64,000 bases of DNA. It comes from Clostridium omnivorum (GTDB lineage Bacteria > Bacillota > Clostridia > Clostridiales > Clostridiaceae). Under the pieces are notes generated by a model. The model had not been told where the DNA came from. It searched no databases and saw nothing but the letters and a program-made list of their open reading frames with translations. The translations under genes and the position numbers were made by a program. The stretch covers positions 3,196,728-3,260,727 of the forward strand of contig NZ_BRXR01000001.1 of assembly GCF_026012015.1 (NCBI RefSeq), written 5' to 3'. This document shows, piece by piece, positions 39,705 through 49,930 of the stretch (position 1 is its first letter; each line of letters starts with the position of its first letter).

Positions 39705-40484
39705 ATGAATGAAATTTTAGAACTGCTAAAAAGTAGATCATCCTTAAGAAAGTATGAAAATAAGCCAATTTCAAGAGAAGACTTAGACTATATTTTGGAA
39801 GGAGCAATGAGAGCTCCAACTGCGGGAAATATGATGATGTATTCCATTATGGTAATTGAGGATCAGGAAAAGAAGGAAATTTTAAGCCACACTTGTGATA
39901 ATCAGCCTTTTATTGCAAATGCACCAACAATATTAATTTTTGTAGCAGATTTTCAAAAATGGCATGATTATTACAGATATAATGGAGTTGAAGAGTACTG
40001 TAAAAAAAATGATTTAGAATTTAACAGACCATCTGAAGGAAGTTTGTTTTTGGCTTTAGGTGATGCAATAATTGCTGCACAAAATGCTGTTATAGCTGCA
40101 GAATCCGTAGGAGTTGGCTCCTGCTATATTGGAGATATAGTTGAGCATTATGAAGAACATAAAAAGCTATTAAACCTTCCAGATTATGCTTTTCCCGCTG
40201 CTATGCTATGCTTAGGATATTATCCTGAAGGATTAAAGCTTACTCCTAAACCAAGGTTTGATAAAAAGTATATTGTTTTTAATGAAGAATATAAAAGCTT
40301 GAATAGTGATGAAATCAAAGATATGTATTCTTCTTTAAACAATAGATTTAGCAGTGAAAATAAGTACAAAGCTGAAAATTATGCTCAAATGCATTATGCT
40401 TTTAAAACAGGTTCTGATTTCTCAGAAGAAATGGCACGGTCAATGAGAGAAATAATAAAGATATGGAATGGTAATAAATTATAA
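39705..40484 (+). CDS. Nitroreductase-family protein
   Basis: N-terminal RSSLRKYENKPISREDLDYILEGAMRAPTAGNMM follows the nitroreductase pattern (R.S.R.F....I......I..A...APS..N.Q). Confidence 0.75.
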   Translation: MNEILELLKSRSSLRKYENKPISREDLDYILEGAMRAPTAGNMMMYSIMVIEDQEKKEILSHTCDNQPFIANAPTILIFVADFQKWHDYYRYNGVEEYCKKNDLEFNRPSEGSLFLALGDAIIAAQNAVIAAESVGVGSCYIGDIVEHYEEHKKLLNLPDYAFPAAMLCLGYYPEGLKLTPKPRFDKKYIVFNEEYKSLNSDEIKDMYSSLNNRFSSENKYKAENYAQMHYAFKTGSDFSEEMARSMREIIKIWNGNKL

Positions 40485-40501
40485 AATTTAAACTATAAAA
40501 T

Positions 40502-40537
40502 AAAGCCAGAGCATTGCTCTGGCTTAAAATTTTTTTA
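40502..40537. terminator. Bidirectional intrinsic terminator
   Basis: AAGCCAGAGC-ATT-GCTCTGGCTT followed by AAAATTTTTTT. Confidence 0.65.
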
Positions 40538-40540
40538 ATA

Positions 40541-41974
40541 CTAGGCTGGTATATCTGTGTTTTCTTTGCTAGTTGCTTTTGATGCTAATGTAATTAAGTA
40601 TCCTATAAATATTAATATTATAGGTCCACCATAGGTCTTAATTATTGAAACTACGGCATCTTTTGTGCTTTCAGCACCAAGTACATAGTCAAGACCAGCA
40701 CCAAAGAAACCGGCAACACTTAAAGCAAATACTATACCTGCCATTATATAAGCAGTAGTATTTGACTTAAACATAGTAAATGGTGCTGATTTTCCTCTTT
40801 TTCTAAAGCTAACATAGGCAATTGCTAAAATAGCATAAGGAATTATCAATGATAAGGATGAAAGGTCAGTTAATAGTCTAAAGAAATTATCAATAGATTT
40901 AAGTCCAACTGCTGGGACTAGTATTAAGACTATAACTACAGCACATTGTGTCCAGAGAGCATTTTTAAGAACTCCATCCTCAGTTTTTTTAGTTAGGAAT
41001 TTAGGGAAGGTACCATCTGGAACCTCAGAGAACATAGCTCTTATTGGTGATTCCATCCAAACTACATATGCTGCTACTGATGTAATAGTAAGTATAAGAG
41101 CATATATCTGAATTACTATTTTACCGCTAAGTCCATAGTTTTCAGCAAGAAGCTTATAAACTACATAGCTTGCATCCTTAAGGCCAGCCTTTTGAATTAC
41201 TTCTGGAGAAGCAACAAGGCAAGTTGCTATTGAACCAACAACATATGCTAAGGCTACAAATACAGTTGCAAGAATAACTCCCTTAGGGAAGTTCTTTTTA
41301 GGGCTGTCCACTTCTTCTATATAAGTACCTGCAACTTCAGCACCTGCAACAGCAAATAAAAGCCAGGAGAAGGTTGAAAAATATGAAGTATTAAATGTAG
41401 GAATTACAGTAGAAGCAGTAAATTGTGTAGCTGAAGGTTTTCCGATAAGAAGTCCTATTATTGCACATACAATAAATATTACAGTTACTGCAATAGTAAA
41501 TCTTCCACCAAAATCGCTTAGCTTTGAGAATTTTTTAACCCCTGTTGTAGCAATTAAGGTAAGTAATATAGCTAGTACTATTCCTATGTAAGGAAGTATA
41601 TAGGCATTTGCATCATTGAATCTATTCTCTCCAAATATTGCCCAGGATACCATTACTGGTATTCTTGCAAATACCATCTGAAGGTAAAAAAGATTAGCAA
41701 TAAAATAAGACCAAGTACCGATATAAGCCCATTTAGACCCTAAACCAGTATCAATCCAAGAATAAATTCCTGCTGCCTTTCCATTATTTACGGAAGCAAG
41801 CTCAGCAAAAATCCCTGATAAAGGTAAGAAAAATAATACCGAAACAATAAGCCAGGATGGAATAGCTGCTGGTCCAAGTGCTACCGCATTTGTAGTAATG
41901 TTACCAAAGCCAAAGGTTGGAACAAAAATTAACATTACTAGACTCCAGAGACCAATTTTTTTTGAATTATCCAT
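40541..41974 (-). CDS. APC-superfamily amino-acid permease/antiporter (YjeM/glutamate-GABA antiporter-like)
   Basis: Twelve TM helices. The start is the ATG at 41974 (MDNSKKIGLWSL) with RBS GGAGGA. The longer upstream ORF is an artefact. Confidence 0.75.
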   Translation of the reverse strand: MDNSKKIGLWSLVMLIFVPTFGFGNITTNAVALGPAAIPSWLIVSVLFFLPLSGIFAELASVNNGKAAGIYSWIDTGLGSKWAYIGTWSYFIANLFYLQMVFARIPVMVSWAIFGENRFNDANAYILPYIGIVLAILLTLIATTGVKKFSKLSDFGGRFTIAVTVIFIVCAIIGLLIGKPSATQFTASTVIPTFNTSYFSTFSWLLFAVAGAEVAGTYIEEVDSPKKNFPKGVILATVFVALAYVVGSIATCLVASPEVIQKAGLKDASYVVYKLLAENYGLSGKIVIQIYALILTITSVAAYVVWMESPIRAMFSEVPDGTFPKFLTKKTEDGVLKNALWTQCAVVIVLILVPAVGLKSIDNFFRLLTDLSSLSLIIPYAILAIAYVSFRKRGKSAPFTMFKSNTTAYIMAGIVFALSVAGFFGAGLDYVLGAESTKDAVVSIIKTYGGPIILIFIGYLITLASKATSKENTDIPA

Positions 41975-41989
41975 ATTAGTCCTCCTTTT

Positions 41990-42016
41990 ACAAACTTGTA
42001 AACGTTTGTACAAATT
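41990..42016. promoter_or_regulatory. Imperfect palindrome / cre-like operator candidate in the permease 5' UTR
   Basis: ACAAACTTGTAAACGTTTGTACAAAT. The core TGTAAACGTTTGTA approximates the CcpA cre consensus TGWAANCGNTNWCA and lies about 15 nt upstream of the RBS. Confidence 0.3.
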
Positions 42017-42191
42017 ATACAAAAAAAGTTTTTGTATGTTTTTAATTCTACTAAATTTTTTTGAAAAATGCAATATAAAAATTATATAGAAGCAACGCAA
42101 GAATTAAATATTTAATGAGATTACTTTTAATGGTATAATTGGTAATGGTGTTATATGCAATTGTTAAAGTTAAATTATATGGGGGTACTTA

Positions 42192-42980
42192 ATGGAAAAG
42201 AATAATAATCCAATTATGTCTATCAAGGAACTGAGAATGAGCTATGGTGGCGATGATGTCCTTAAAGGTATAGATTTAGATATTTACGAAGGTGAAATTA
42301 TAGGTTATATAGGACCTAATGGAGCGGGTAAAAGTACTACAGTTAAAATACTGCTGGGAATTATAAATAGTTATAGAGGTTATGTTGAGATTTTTGGAGA
42401 GGATATTTCTAAGGGGTCTATTGAATACAAAAAAAGAATAGGGTATGTACCTGAAACTGCAGAGATTTATGATAATCTTACTGCACAGGAATACCTTACT
42501 TTTATAGGAGGAATCTATGGTTTATCTTATAATGCTGTAGATGAAAAGGCAAAAAAGCTTATGAGTTTATTTGGTATTGAACAGCATTATACGTCAAGAA
42601 TATCTTCCTTTTCAAAAGGAATGAAGCAGAAGGTACTTATTATAGCAAGTCTTATACATAATCCAGATATTTTATTTTGGGATGAACCCTTAAGTGGACT
42701 TGATGCAAATAGTGTTATGATTGTGAAAGAACTTCTTTCTGAACTAGCAGCTCAAGGAAAAACTATATTCTATTCATCTCATATAATGGACGTGGTAGAA
42801 AAAATAAGTAACAGAATTATACTTATCAATAATGGACAAGTCGTTGCAGATGGAACCTTTGAAGAGCTTAAAGGAAAAGAAAGTGAAGAGTCTTTAGAAG
42901 AAATCTTTAATCAGTTAACAGGCTTTAATGGGCATAGAGAAATAGCTGAAGAATTTATTGCTGTGTTAAAGGAGAGATAA
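42192..42980 (+). CDS. ABC transporter ATP-binding protein (ABC-2 subfamily)
   Basis: Walker A GPNGAGKST, ABC signature FSKGMKQK and Walker B ILFWDEP. Confidence 0.85.
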   Translation: MEKNNNPIMSIKELRMSYGGDDVLKGIDLDIYEGEIIGYIGPNGAGKSTTVKILLGIINSYRGYVEIFGEDISKGSIEYKKRIGYVPETAEIYDNLTAQEYLTFIGGIYGLSYNAVDEKAKKLMSLFGIEQHYTSRISSFSKGMKQKVLIIASLIHNPDILFWDEPLSGLDANSVMIVKELLSELAAQGKTIFYSSHIMDVVEKISNRIILINNGQVVADGTFEELKGKESEESLEEIFNQLTGFNGHREIAEEFIAVLKER

Positions 42981-42983
42981 GCT

Positions 42984-44648
42984 ATGGTGGAATATAAAAT
43001 CTTTAAGCTTTTGGATGTATTTAAAGCATTGTTTATTAAAGCAGGTATAGATTATGACATAATGAAAAGAATTATCCAATTAAAAATCATTATGGATGGC
43101 AGATCTGTGCCTACAGTATTAAATAATCAAAACTATGATAATAGCAAAGCTAGTGCTTTTAAAAAGTCCTTGATCTCATATGGATTTACTGGAGTAATGA
43201 TTGGTCTTTTTATGCTAGTTCCACTTCCTATGTTCTATAAAATGAATGTGCAAATCGGGATAATTATTTTTATGATAATGCTAACTATGATATCTGATTT
43301 TTCCACAGTTTTACTTGATATAAAAGATAAAAATATATTGGTTCCTAGACCTATAAATGAAAAGACTATATCTGCAGCAAAGATAATTCATATTTTTATA
43401 TATCTATCTATAATTAATATGTGTATAGCAGGACCATCTCTCATAATTGGAACCTTTAGGTATGGAATAGTGTTTTTTCTGCTATTCTTTCTTCAGTTGT
43501 TTTTTATTACCACATTAGTATTGTTTTTTACTTCATTGTTATATTACATAGTTTTGAAGTACTTTGATGGTGAAAAATTAAAGGATATTATTAATTATTT
43601 TCAAATAATACTTTCAGTGTTTATGGCTATTAGTTATCAATTTGTTGGAAGGATATTTGAAGTTTCAGACATGAAGTTATTTTATCATGTTAAGCTGTGG
43701 CACTACTTTATTCCTTCTATGTGGTTTACAGGAATGTATAGTATGATTTTTGATAAAAACTTTAGCTATTACAATGTTTGTTTTGCACTATTAAGTACTA
43801 TTGTTCCTGTGGTTGGGATCTTAATTTATTTTAAGGTAGTGGCACCTTATTTTGAAAAAAATCTTCAAAAACTAGGAAATAACAGACTAGAGAAGCAGAA
43901 AAAAGACTCATTAAAGGTAATATGTCAAAGGTATATAGCAGAGCTAATCTGCAAGGATAAAACAGAAAAGAACTTATATGTTTTTACAAGGAATATGATT
44001 TCAAGTGAAAGAAAACTAAAACTATCCTTATATCCAAATTTGGCTATGGCAATAGCTTTTCCATTAATATTTTTAGTAAATGGAATAAGTATGAAAAAGT
44101 CATTTTATGAAAATATAGAAAAAATCATTTCAGGTAAGGGGTACTTTGGAATTTATATTACTGTATTGTCACTTGTTGCGGCTTTTACAGTACTAAGCTG
44201 TAGTGAAAAGGCTAATGGTGCATGGGTATATAAAGCTCTTCCTATAGAGAATCCGGGAATTATTTTTAAAGGAGCTGTGAAGGCATACATTATGAAAATT
44301 GTGTTTCCAACCTTTGGTATAGTCTCACTTATATTTTTGATTATTTTTAGATTTACTATAGTAAAGGATATGGTAGTTATTCTTTTAAGCCTTTTAGTTA
44401 TTTTACTTCTTATGTTTAAATTTTTTATGAAACAGCTGCCGTTTTCAAAGGAGTTTGGATACGTTCAGAGTCAAAACTATAAATTAGTAATTTCAAACAT
44501 AGCTCTAACAGGTGGAGCAGCTTTTTTACATTACTTTTTAAGCAAAATGCCCTATGCAATTTTAGTATATATTGGCGTATTAACTTTAGTTTTGATAATC
44601 ATATGGAACAGTGCATTTAAATTGAGTTGGGAAGAGTTCTTAAAATAG
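42984..44648 (+). CDS. Large polytopic membrane protein, putative permease partner of the upstream ABC ATPase
   Basis: 554 aa with at least ten hydrophobic helices. It starts 4 nt after the ATPase stop. No conserved motif recognised. Confidence 0.5.
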   Translation: MVEYKIFKLLDVFKALFIKAGIDYDIMKRIIQLKIIMDGRSVPTVLNNQNYDNSKASAFKKSLISYGFTGVMIGLFMLVPLPMFYKMNVQIGIIIFMIMLTMISDFSTVLLDIKDKNILVPRPINEKTISAAKIIHIFIYLSIINMCIAGPSLIIGTFRYGIVFFLLFFLQLFFITTLVLFFTSLLYYIVLKYFDGEKLKDIINYFQIILSVFMAISYQFVGRIFEVSDMKLFYHVKLWHYFIPSMWFTGMYSMIFDKNFSYYNVCFALLSTIVPVVGILIYFKVVAPYFEKNLQKLGNNRLEKQKKDSLKVICQRYIAELICKDKTEKNLYVFTRNMISSERKLKLSLYPNLAMAIAFPLIFLVNGISMKKSFYENIEKIISGKGYFGIYITVLSLVAAFTVLSCSEKANGAWVYKALPIENPGIIFKGAVKAYIMKIVFPTFGIVSLIFLIIFRFTIVKDMVVILLSLLVILLLMFKFFMKQLPFSKEFGYVQSQNYKLVISNIALTGGAAFLHYFLSKMPYAILVYIGVLTLVLIIIWNSAFKLSWEEFLK

Positions 44649-44757
44649 CAAATTTATTTTAATGAGCTAGGAACTTTATAACAGTGATGGCAAATCTGAT
44701 ATAATATACATGTGGTGCATTAAGTTGAAATTTTTAAAAGTTTTGGGGTGGTGGGTT

Positions 44758-46512
44758 TTGAGTAAAAGAAGGATACTTTTAGATTTTATTTTAGAACATA
44801 AAGTTTCATATATCATAGGCCTTATCTTTATGCTTATAGCCTGCTATGTGCAGACTCTGTTTCCAAAGGTGCTTGGTAGAACCATTGATATTTTAAAGGT
44901 TAGTAATTTTGATATTAGCAGAGTTAAGCTTAATATTATATATATTTTGATTATAGCACTAGGGGCTTTTTTAAGCACTTATGCTTGGAGAAATCTTATA
45001 ATAAGAAATTCAAGAGAGTTTGAATGCGAACTCAGGGACAGGCTTTTTACACATTTTCAAAAGCTGTCACCAGAGTTTTACAATAGAAGGAAAACTGGTG
45101 ATTTAATTGCTTATGCAATTAATGATATAAGTGCTGTAAGGATGACTCTTGGGCCTGCAACTGCAATGAGTATTAATGGTATAGCCATATGCGCTGCTGC
45201 AATTTATTCAATGCTGCAGTCAGTAAACTTACGGCTTACAGTTATTTGCCTTGCGCCTATTCCTATAATTATTGTAGTTATGCTGCAGGTAGGAAAGCTG
45301 GTGCAAAAACGATTTAGAAAAGTACAAGAAAGCTTTTCAGCAATTTCTGATAGAGTTCAAGAAAATATCTATGGCATAAGAGTAATTAAAGCCTATGTTC
45401 AAGAGGATGAGGAATTAAAGAACTTTGAAAAGTTAAACAATAATATGATGGATGCTAATATGGATATGGTCAGGGTAGCTTCTATGCTGTCTCCAATAAT
45501 TGAAATTTGCTTCAGTATCAGCTTTGTTGTAAATCTTATTGTTGGTGGAAATATGGTATTAAAAAATACTATATCACTAGGAGATTTTATTGCCTTTAAT
45601 ACATACCTTACTATGATTATGACTCCAATTATTTCAATTGGGCGTATTATAAATATACTTCAAAGAGGAATGGCTTCTTATAAAAGAATCAATGAAATAT
45701 TCAATACTGAGCCTGATATCACAGATGGTAAAGCCATGATTGACAAGGAAATAAAGGGGTGCATTGAATTTAAAAACCTTAACTTTGCTTATCCTGGATC
45801 AGATGAACAAGCTTTAAAGGATATCTGTTTAACAATAAATCAAGGTGAAAATCTTGGTATCATTGGAAGGACAGGAGCGGGAAAGACAACCCTTTCAAGT
45901 TTATTGCTGAAGCTTTATAACGTTGAGGACGGAAAGATTTTTGTAGATGGCATAGATATAAATCACTACAGGCTTGATGCTTTAAGAAATGGCTTTGGAT
46001 ATGTGCCTCAGGATAATTTTCTTTTTTCTGCTACTGTAAAGGATAATATAGGTGCTTTTAAAAAAGCTTATTCAATGGAGCAAGTAAAAAAAGCTGCTGA
46101 GGCAAGCTGTATATATGAAAACATAATAGATTTACAAGATGGCTTTAATACAATTTTAGGAGAAAGAGGAGTAAATCTTTCGGGCGGTCAAAAGCAGAGG
46201 ATTGCAATAGCTAGAGCTGTAATTAAGGAACCAGCAGTGCTTATATTGGATGATTCATTATCTGCTGTTGATACAATTACTGAACAAAGGATATTAGAAA
46301 ATTTCAAAGACATAAGAAAAGATAAAACAGCAATTATAATTGCTCATAAAATCTCTTCAGTTCAGGATTGTGACCAAATAATAGTGTTAGATAAGGGAAG
46401 AATTTGTGAGAGTGGAACTCACAATGAGCTGCTTAAAAAAGGGGGGCTGTATTATGACATCTATAGGGAGCAATGGAAAGACAGAAAAAGATGTGAAAAT
46501 GAAGCTTCATAA
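44758..46512 (+). CDS. ABC exporter, fused permease-ATPase (heterodimer half 1)
   Basis: Six TM helices followed by an NBD with Walker A GRTGAGKTT, signature LSGGQKQR and Walker B LILDDSLSAVD. The likely TTG start at about 44758 has RBS GGGGTGGTGGG. Confidence 0.8.
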   Translation: MSKRRILLDFILEHKVSYIIGLIFMLIACYVQTLFPKVLGRTIDILKVSNFDISRVKLNIIYILIIALGAFLSTYAWRNLIIRNSREFECELRDRLFTHFQKLSPEFYNRRKTGDLIAYAINDISAVRMTLGPATAMSINGIAICAAAIYSMLQSVNLRLTVICLAPIPIIIVVMLQVGKLVQKRFRKVQESFSAISDRVQENIYGIRVIKAYVQEDEELKNFEKLNNNMMDANMDMVRVASMLSPIIEICFSISFVVNLIVGGNMVLKNTISLGDFIAFNTYLTMIMTPIISIGRIINILQRGMASYKRINEIFNTEPDITDGKAMIDKEIKGCIEFKNLNFAYPGSDEQALKDICLTINQGENLGIIGRTGAGKTTLSSLLLKLYNVEDGKIFVDGIDINHYRLDALRNGFGYVPQDNFLFSATVKDNIGAFKKAYSMEQVKKAAEASCIYENIIDLQDGFNTILGERGVNLSGGQKQRIAIARAVIKEPAVLILDDSLSAVDTITEQRILENFKDIRKDKTAIIIAHKISSVQDCDQIIVLDKGRICESGTHNELLKKGGLYYDIYREQWKDRKRCENEAS

Positions 46513-48259
46513 ATCAAAAAGCTTAGGAAGGCTATTAAAGCTTACAGTACCTTACTTAAACAAAATAATATTGGCAGGAATATGCGTGCTCATGGTTAAT
46601 GCTGCTCAACTAATAAAGCCGTATATATTAAAGCTTGTAATTGACGACTTTTTAATAAAAAAAATAAGTCCCAGAGGAATGTATTCAATTACTACAATGG
46701 GAGTATTGTATTTCTTAGTTGTGCTAGGAAGTGGTTTATTTTCAATTGCTCAAGCTAATTTAATTAACAAGGCTGGGCAACTAATTATGAAGGGGCTTAG
46801 AAAAAGAGTTTTTAATATTATCCAATATTTACCTCTTTACTATTTAGATAAAACCTCTTCTGGAAAGCTTATAACTAGGGCAACTAATGATGTGGAAGCC
46901 TTAAGTGAGATGTATACAGATGTTTTAATAAACTTATTCAAGGATATATTTTTGCTTATTGGAATAATATATGCAATGCTTGCATTAGATTTAAAATTGG
47001 CTCTTATATCCTTTTCAATGGTTCCAGTAATGTTTGCAATAATATTCTTCTTAAAAAAGAAAATAAAAGATAATTTTAAGAAAATGAAGCATTTTATAGG
47101 AAGAATAAATGGCTTTATGGCTGAAAATATTTCAGGTATGAGAATTGTACAAATATTTCAGGCAGAAAAGGAAAAGCATGAGGAGTTTAATGAACTAAAT
47201 AATGAATACTATAAGACTACAGTATTTCAAGTTTGGTTAAATAGTATATTAAGACCAGCAGCAGATGTATTTCAAAGTATCTCAGTGGCAATGATTATTT
47301 GGTATGGTATGGGTAAAATAATGAATCAAACCTTAGAAATAGGTGTACTCTATGCCTTTACCACATATATAAAACAATTTTTTAATCCTATCTCTGACCT
47401 AGCTGATAATTACACTACAATTCAATCAGCGTTAGTCTCTGCAGATAGAATCTTTGAACTTATAGATCAGGAAGATATTCTAGAAGACTTAGATGCGGGA
47501 ATAAGCATGGAACATTTTGAAGGTAATATTGAATTCAAAAATGTTTGGTTTTCTTATAATGATGAAGATTGGGTGTTAAAAGATATAAGCTTTAAACTAA
47601 GGCGAGGACAAACAGCTGCCTTTGTAGGTGAAACAGGTGCAGGGAAAACAACAATTATTAGCTTAATTAGTGGCTTTTATAAAGTACAGAGAGGAGAAAT
47701 ATTCATCGACAGCATTAATATAGAGGATATTAAACTTAGGGATTTAAGAAAAAATATTGCAGTTGTGCTTCAAGATGTATTTTTGTTTTCAGGAAATATC
47801 CAAAATAACATTACGTTAAATGATGAGATATCTAGTGATACTATAGAAGAAGCACTGCAGCTATCCTGTGCAGAGGATTTTGTAAATAATATGCCCCAAG
47901 GCTTAAAGGAGCCGGTTATGGAAAGAGGAAGCACTTTTTCAGCAGGACAAAAGCAGCTATTATCTTTTGCTAGAGGCCTTGCTCATACTCCATCAGTATT
48001 AGTTCTGGATGAAGCCACAGCTAACATAGATACTAAGACTGAAAAGCTGATTCAAAAGGCTATAGAAAATTCTTCAAAGGATAGAACTACTCTTGTAATA
48101 GCACATAGGCTTTCTACCATAAGAAATGCAGATAAAATAATTGTTTTGAGGCATGGAAAAATAGTTGAAATGGGTAATCATGGAGAGCTTATGGAAGCTG
48201 GTGGATACTATAAGAGTCTTATAGATAATAGCTCCTCTGATATGTACAAGGCTGGATAG
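46454..48259 (+). CDS. ABC exporter, fused permease-ATPase (heterodimer half 2)
   Basis: TMD plus NBD with Walker A GETGAGKTT and Walker B LVLDEATANID. The signature is degenerate (FSAGQKQL), suggesting the non-canonical half of a heterodimer. Start is the ATG at 46454 (RBS AAGGGGGG) or 46498, overlapping the previous gene. Confidence 0.8.
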   Translation: MTSIGSNGKTEKDVKMKLHKSKSLGRLLKLTVPYLNKIILAGICVLMVNAAQLIKPYILKLVIDDFLIKKISPRGMYSITTMGVLYFLVVLGSGLFSIAQANLINKAGQLIMKGLRKRVFNIIQYLPLYYLDKTSSGKLITRATNDVEALSEMYTDVLINLFKDIFLLIGIIYAMLALDLKLALISFSMVPVMFAIIFFLKKKIKDNFKKMKHFIGRINGFMAENISGMRIVQIFQAEKEKHEEFNELNNEYYKTTVFQVWLNSILRPAADVFQSISVAMIIWYGMGKIMNQTLEIGVLYAFTTYIKQFFNPISDLADNYTTIQSALVSADRIFELIDQEDILEDLDAGISMEHFEGNIEFKNVWFSYNDEDWVLKDISFKLRRGQTAAFVGETGAGKTTIISLISGFYKVQRGEIFIDSINIEDIKLRDLRKNIAVVLQDVFLFSGNIQNNITLNDEISSDTIEEALQLSCAEDFVNNMPQGLKEPVMERGSTFSAGQKQLLSFARGLAHTPSVLVLDEATANIDTKTEKLIQKAIENSSKDRTTLVIAHRLSTIRNADKIIVLRHGKIVEMGNHGELMEAGGYYKSLIDNSSSDMYKAG

Positions 48260-48336
48260 CTAATATGAAGCACACATACTTTCTAACGGTAAGAAGTTTA
48301 CTTAATGGGCTTTAGAAAAATTTAAACATAAAGATA

Positions 48337-48384
48337 GAGACTGCTGAGGCCATAAATAGCCGTAAGCAGTCTCTTTATTATTTC
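48337..48384 (+). terminator. Intrinsic terminator after the ABC exporter pair
   Basis: GAGACTGCT ... AGCAGTCTC followed by TTTATTATTT. Confidence 0.5.
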
Positions 48385-48421
48385 AAGGTTTTATATTTTT
48401 TAATTACTATCAGTTTTTTAT

Positions 48422-49750
48422 TTAATCCCTCCAAATATGCCACATGGCATTGTTAGTACCGCGAGCAAACACATCTGTTCTATTAGGACCCCAGGAAACA
48501 GCTGCTGGATCGGAAGTAATATTACCGTCAAGATTAGTCCAATTACTCCAGCGAGATCCATTCCAGGACATAGTTATTAACTGGTTGTTTTGGTTTCTAG
48601 CAAATACTTCAAGTCTGTTATTTTCTCTAGAGGAGACTGCAGGAGCAGAGGTTATTCTTTCACGAAGGTCTTCCCAGCGGCTCCAGCGAGATCCGTCCCA
48701 CCATAGGTGATATAAGCGGTCGCCGTGTCCTCTAGCAAACACATCAATTCTATTAGCACCCCAGGAAACTGCAGCAGGAGCAGAGGTTAATGTGCCACCA
48801 AGGCTTTCCCAGTCGCTCCAACGAGAGCCATCCCACCATTTATGCCAAAGAGCGTTATCAGTTCCTCTTGCAAAAGTATCAAGTCTGTTACGTGCCCAGG
48901 AAGAGGCAGCAGGAGAGGAGGTTATATTTCCACCAAGGCTTTCCCAATTGCTCCAACGAGAGCCATCCCAGAAGATATGCCACATAGCATTATCAGTCCC
49001 TCTTCCAAACACATCAATTCTATTAGGACCCCATGAAACAGCAGCAGGAGCAGAGGTTAGTGAGCCACCCAGGCTTTCCCAATCACTCCAACGGGAACCA
49101 TCCCACCATTTATGCCAAAGAGCGTTATCAGTTCCTCTTGCAAAAGTATCAAGTCTGTTACGTGCCCAGGAAGCTGCAGCAGGTGCTGAAGTTATCACTC
49201 CGCCAAGGTCCTCCCATCGGCTCCATCTTCCTCCAGGAGTTGGTCCAGGACCAGGTACAGGTGGGGCACTAATGTTTCTTAGAGTAAATTCTATTACATC
49301 TCTAAAGGTTCTATCTATTACATTGTTAGGTACTCCTGCTGCACGAAGAGCAACAAATATCCATGCCCTACTTCTTCTAAAGCTATTAAATATAGTATTT
49401 GTTTTTTGATTTATGTTCCCACTTGTTGTTCCAGCATTATCAATAGTATAGGCTATTGCATTTCTAAAATAAGTATTGATTAGGGTTCTATTTACTCCGT
49501 ATCTCTGGAGATTTCTGCTCAGGTCAGGCCTTTGAGCGTTAAGTAATACTAATATTCTATTTACTTCCTGCTGAGGAGCCCTATTATTATCTAAGTAGTC
49601 TTCTGAGTTTAATAAGTCATACTCATCGTCGAAAGGTACATCTAAATTATCGTAGTCATCGAAATCATCAAAGCTTCTTGTTTGTTCAGCTGCAAATGGA
49701 CATATAACTGGCTGTATGCAGTAAGGACAATAAAAATTATTATTGAACAT
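48422..49750 (-). CDS. Repeat protein with an N-terminal Cys-motif/acidic region, an unknown domain of about 110 aa, and seven 47-aa Trp-rich beta-propeller repeats (tectonin / PLL-lectin-like)
   Basis: Repeats follow the pattern WS.WE.LGG.h[26 protein letters not shown] seven times. No signal peptide. The N-terminus is [18 protein letters not shown] followed by an Asp/Tyr-rich stretch. Confidence 0.6.
   Translation of the reverse strand: MFNNNFYCPYCIQPVICPFAAEQTRSFDDFDDYDNLDVPFDDEYDLLNSEDYLDNNRAPQQEVNRILVLLNAQRPDLSRNLQRYGVNRTLINTYFRNAIAYTIDNAGTTSGNINQKTNTIFNSFRRSRAWIFVALRAAGVPNNVIDRTFRDVIEFTLRNISAPPVPGPGPTPGGRWSRWEDLGGVITSAPAAASWARNRLDTFARGTDNALWHKWWDGSRWSDWESLGGSLTSAPAAVSWGPNRIDVFGRGTDNAMWHIFWDGSRWSNWESLGGNITSSPAASSWARNRLDTFARGTDNALWHKWWDGSRWSDWESLGGTLTSAPAAVSWGANRIDVFARGHGDRLYHLWWDGSRWSRWEDLRERITSAPAVSSRENNRLEVFARNQNNQLITMSWNGSRWSNWTNLDGNITSDPAAVSWGPNRTDVFARGTNNAMWHIWRD
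48425..49228. repeat. Tandem 141-bp coding repeats encoding the propeller blades
   Basis: The DNA-level periodicity produces several overlapping antisense ORFs (48444-49409 on the plus strand) with mutually similar translations. Confidence 0.7.
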
Positions 49751-49901
49751 GTAATTCCTCCTGATATTTTTGCTCAGACTATTAGTCTTATCAATTTCAT
49801 TTTATGATTATAAAGACAGAGTGTTACAAAATAAGAAAAGTATTAATATGACTTTACAAAAATATTATCAAAATACTTTTTAAAATACTTTTTAAAACAT
49901 A

Positions 49902-49930
49902 TTGAAAAGGTTTACAAGGTGGAGTATTAT
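49902..49930 (+). promoter_or_regulatory. Sigma-A promoter candidate for xylA
   Basis: TTGAAA, a 17-nt spacer, then TATTAT, located 50 bp upstream of the xylA ATG. The spacer contains one of three TTACAA motifs present in this intergenic region. Confidence 0.45.

Noticed and set aside
48444-49409. Five overlapping plus-strand ORFs (88, 65, 205, 64 and 79 aa) with Ser/Pro/Leu/Gln-rich mutually similar translations.
   Set aside because: They are antisense to the propeller-repeat gene. Their similarity to one another reflects the 141-bp tandem repeats of the real minus-strand gene. They have no RBS and an antisense codon pattern.
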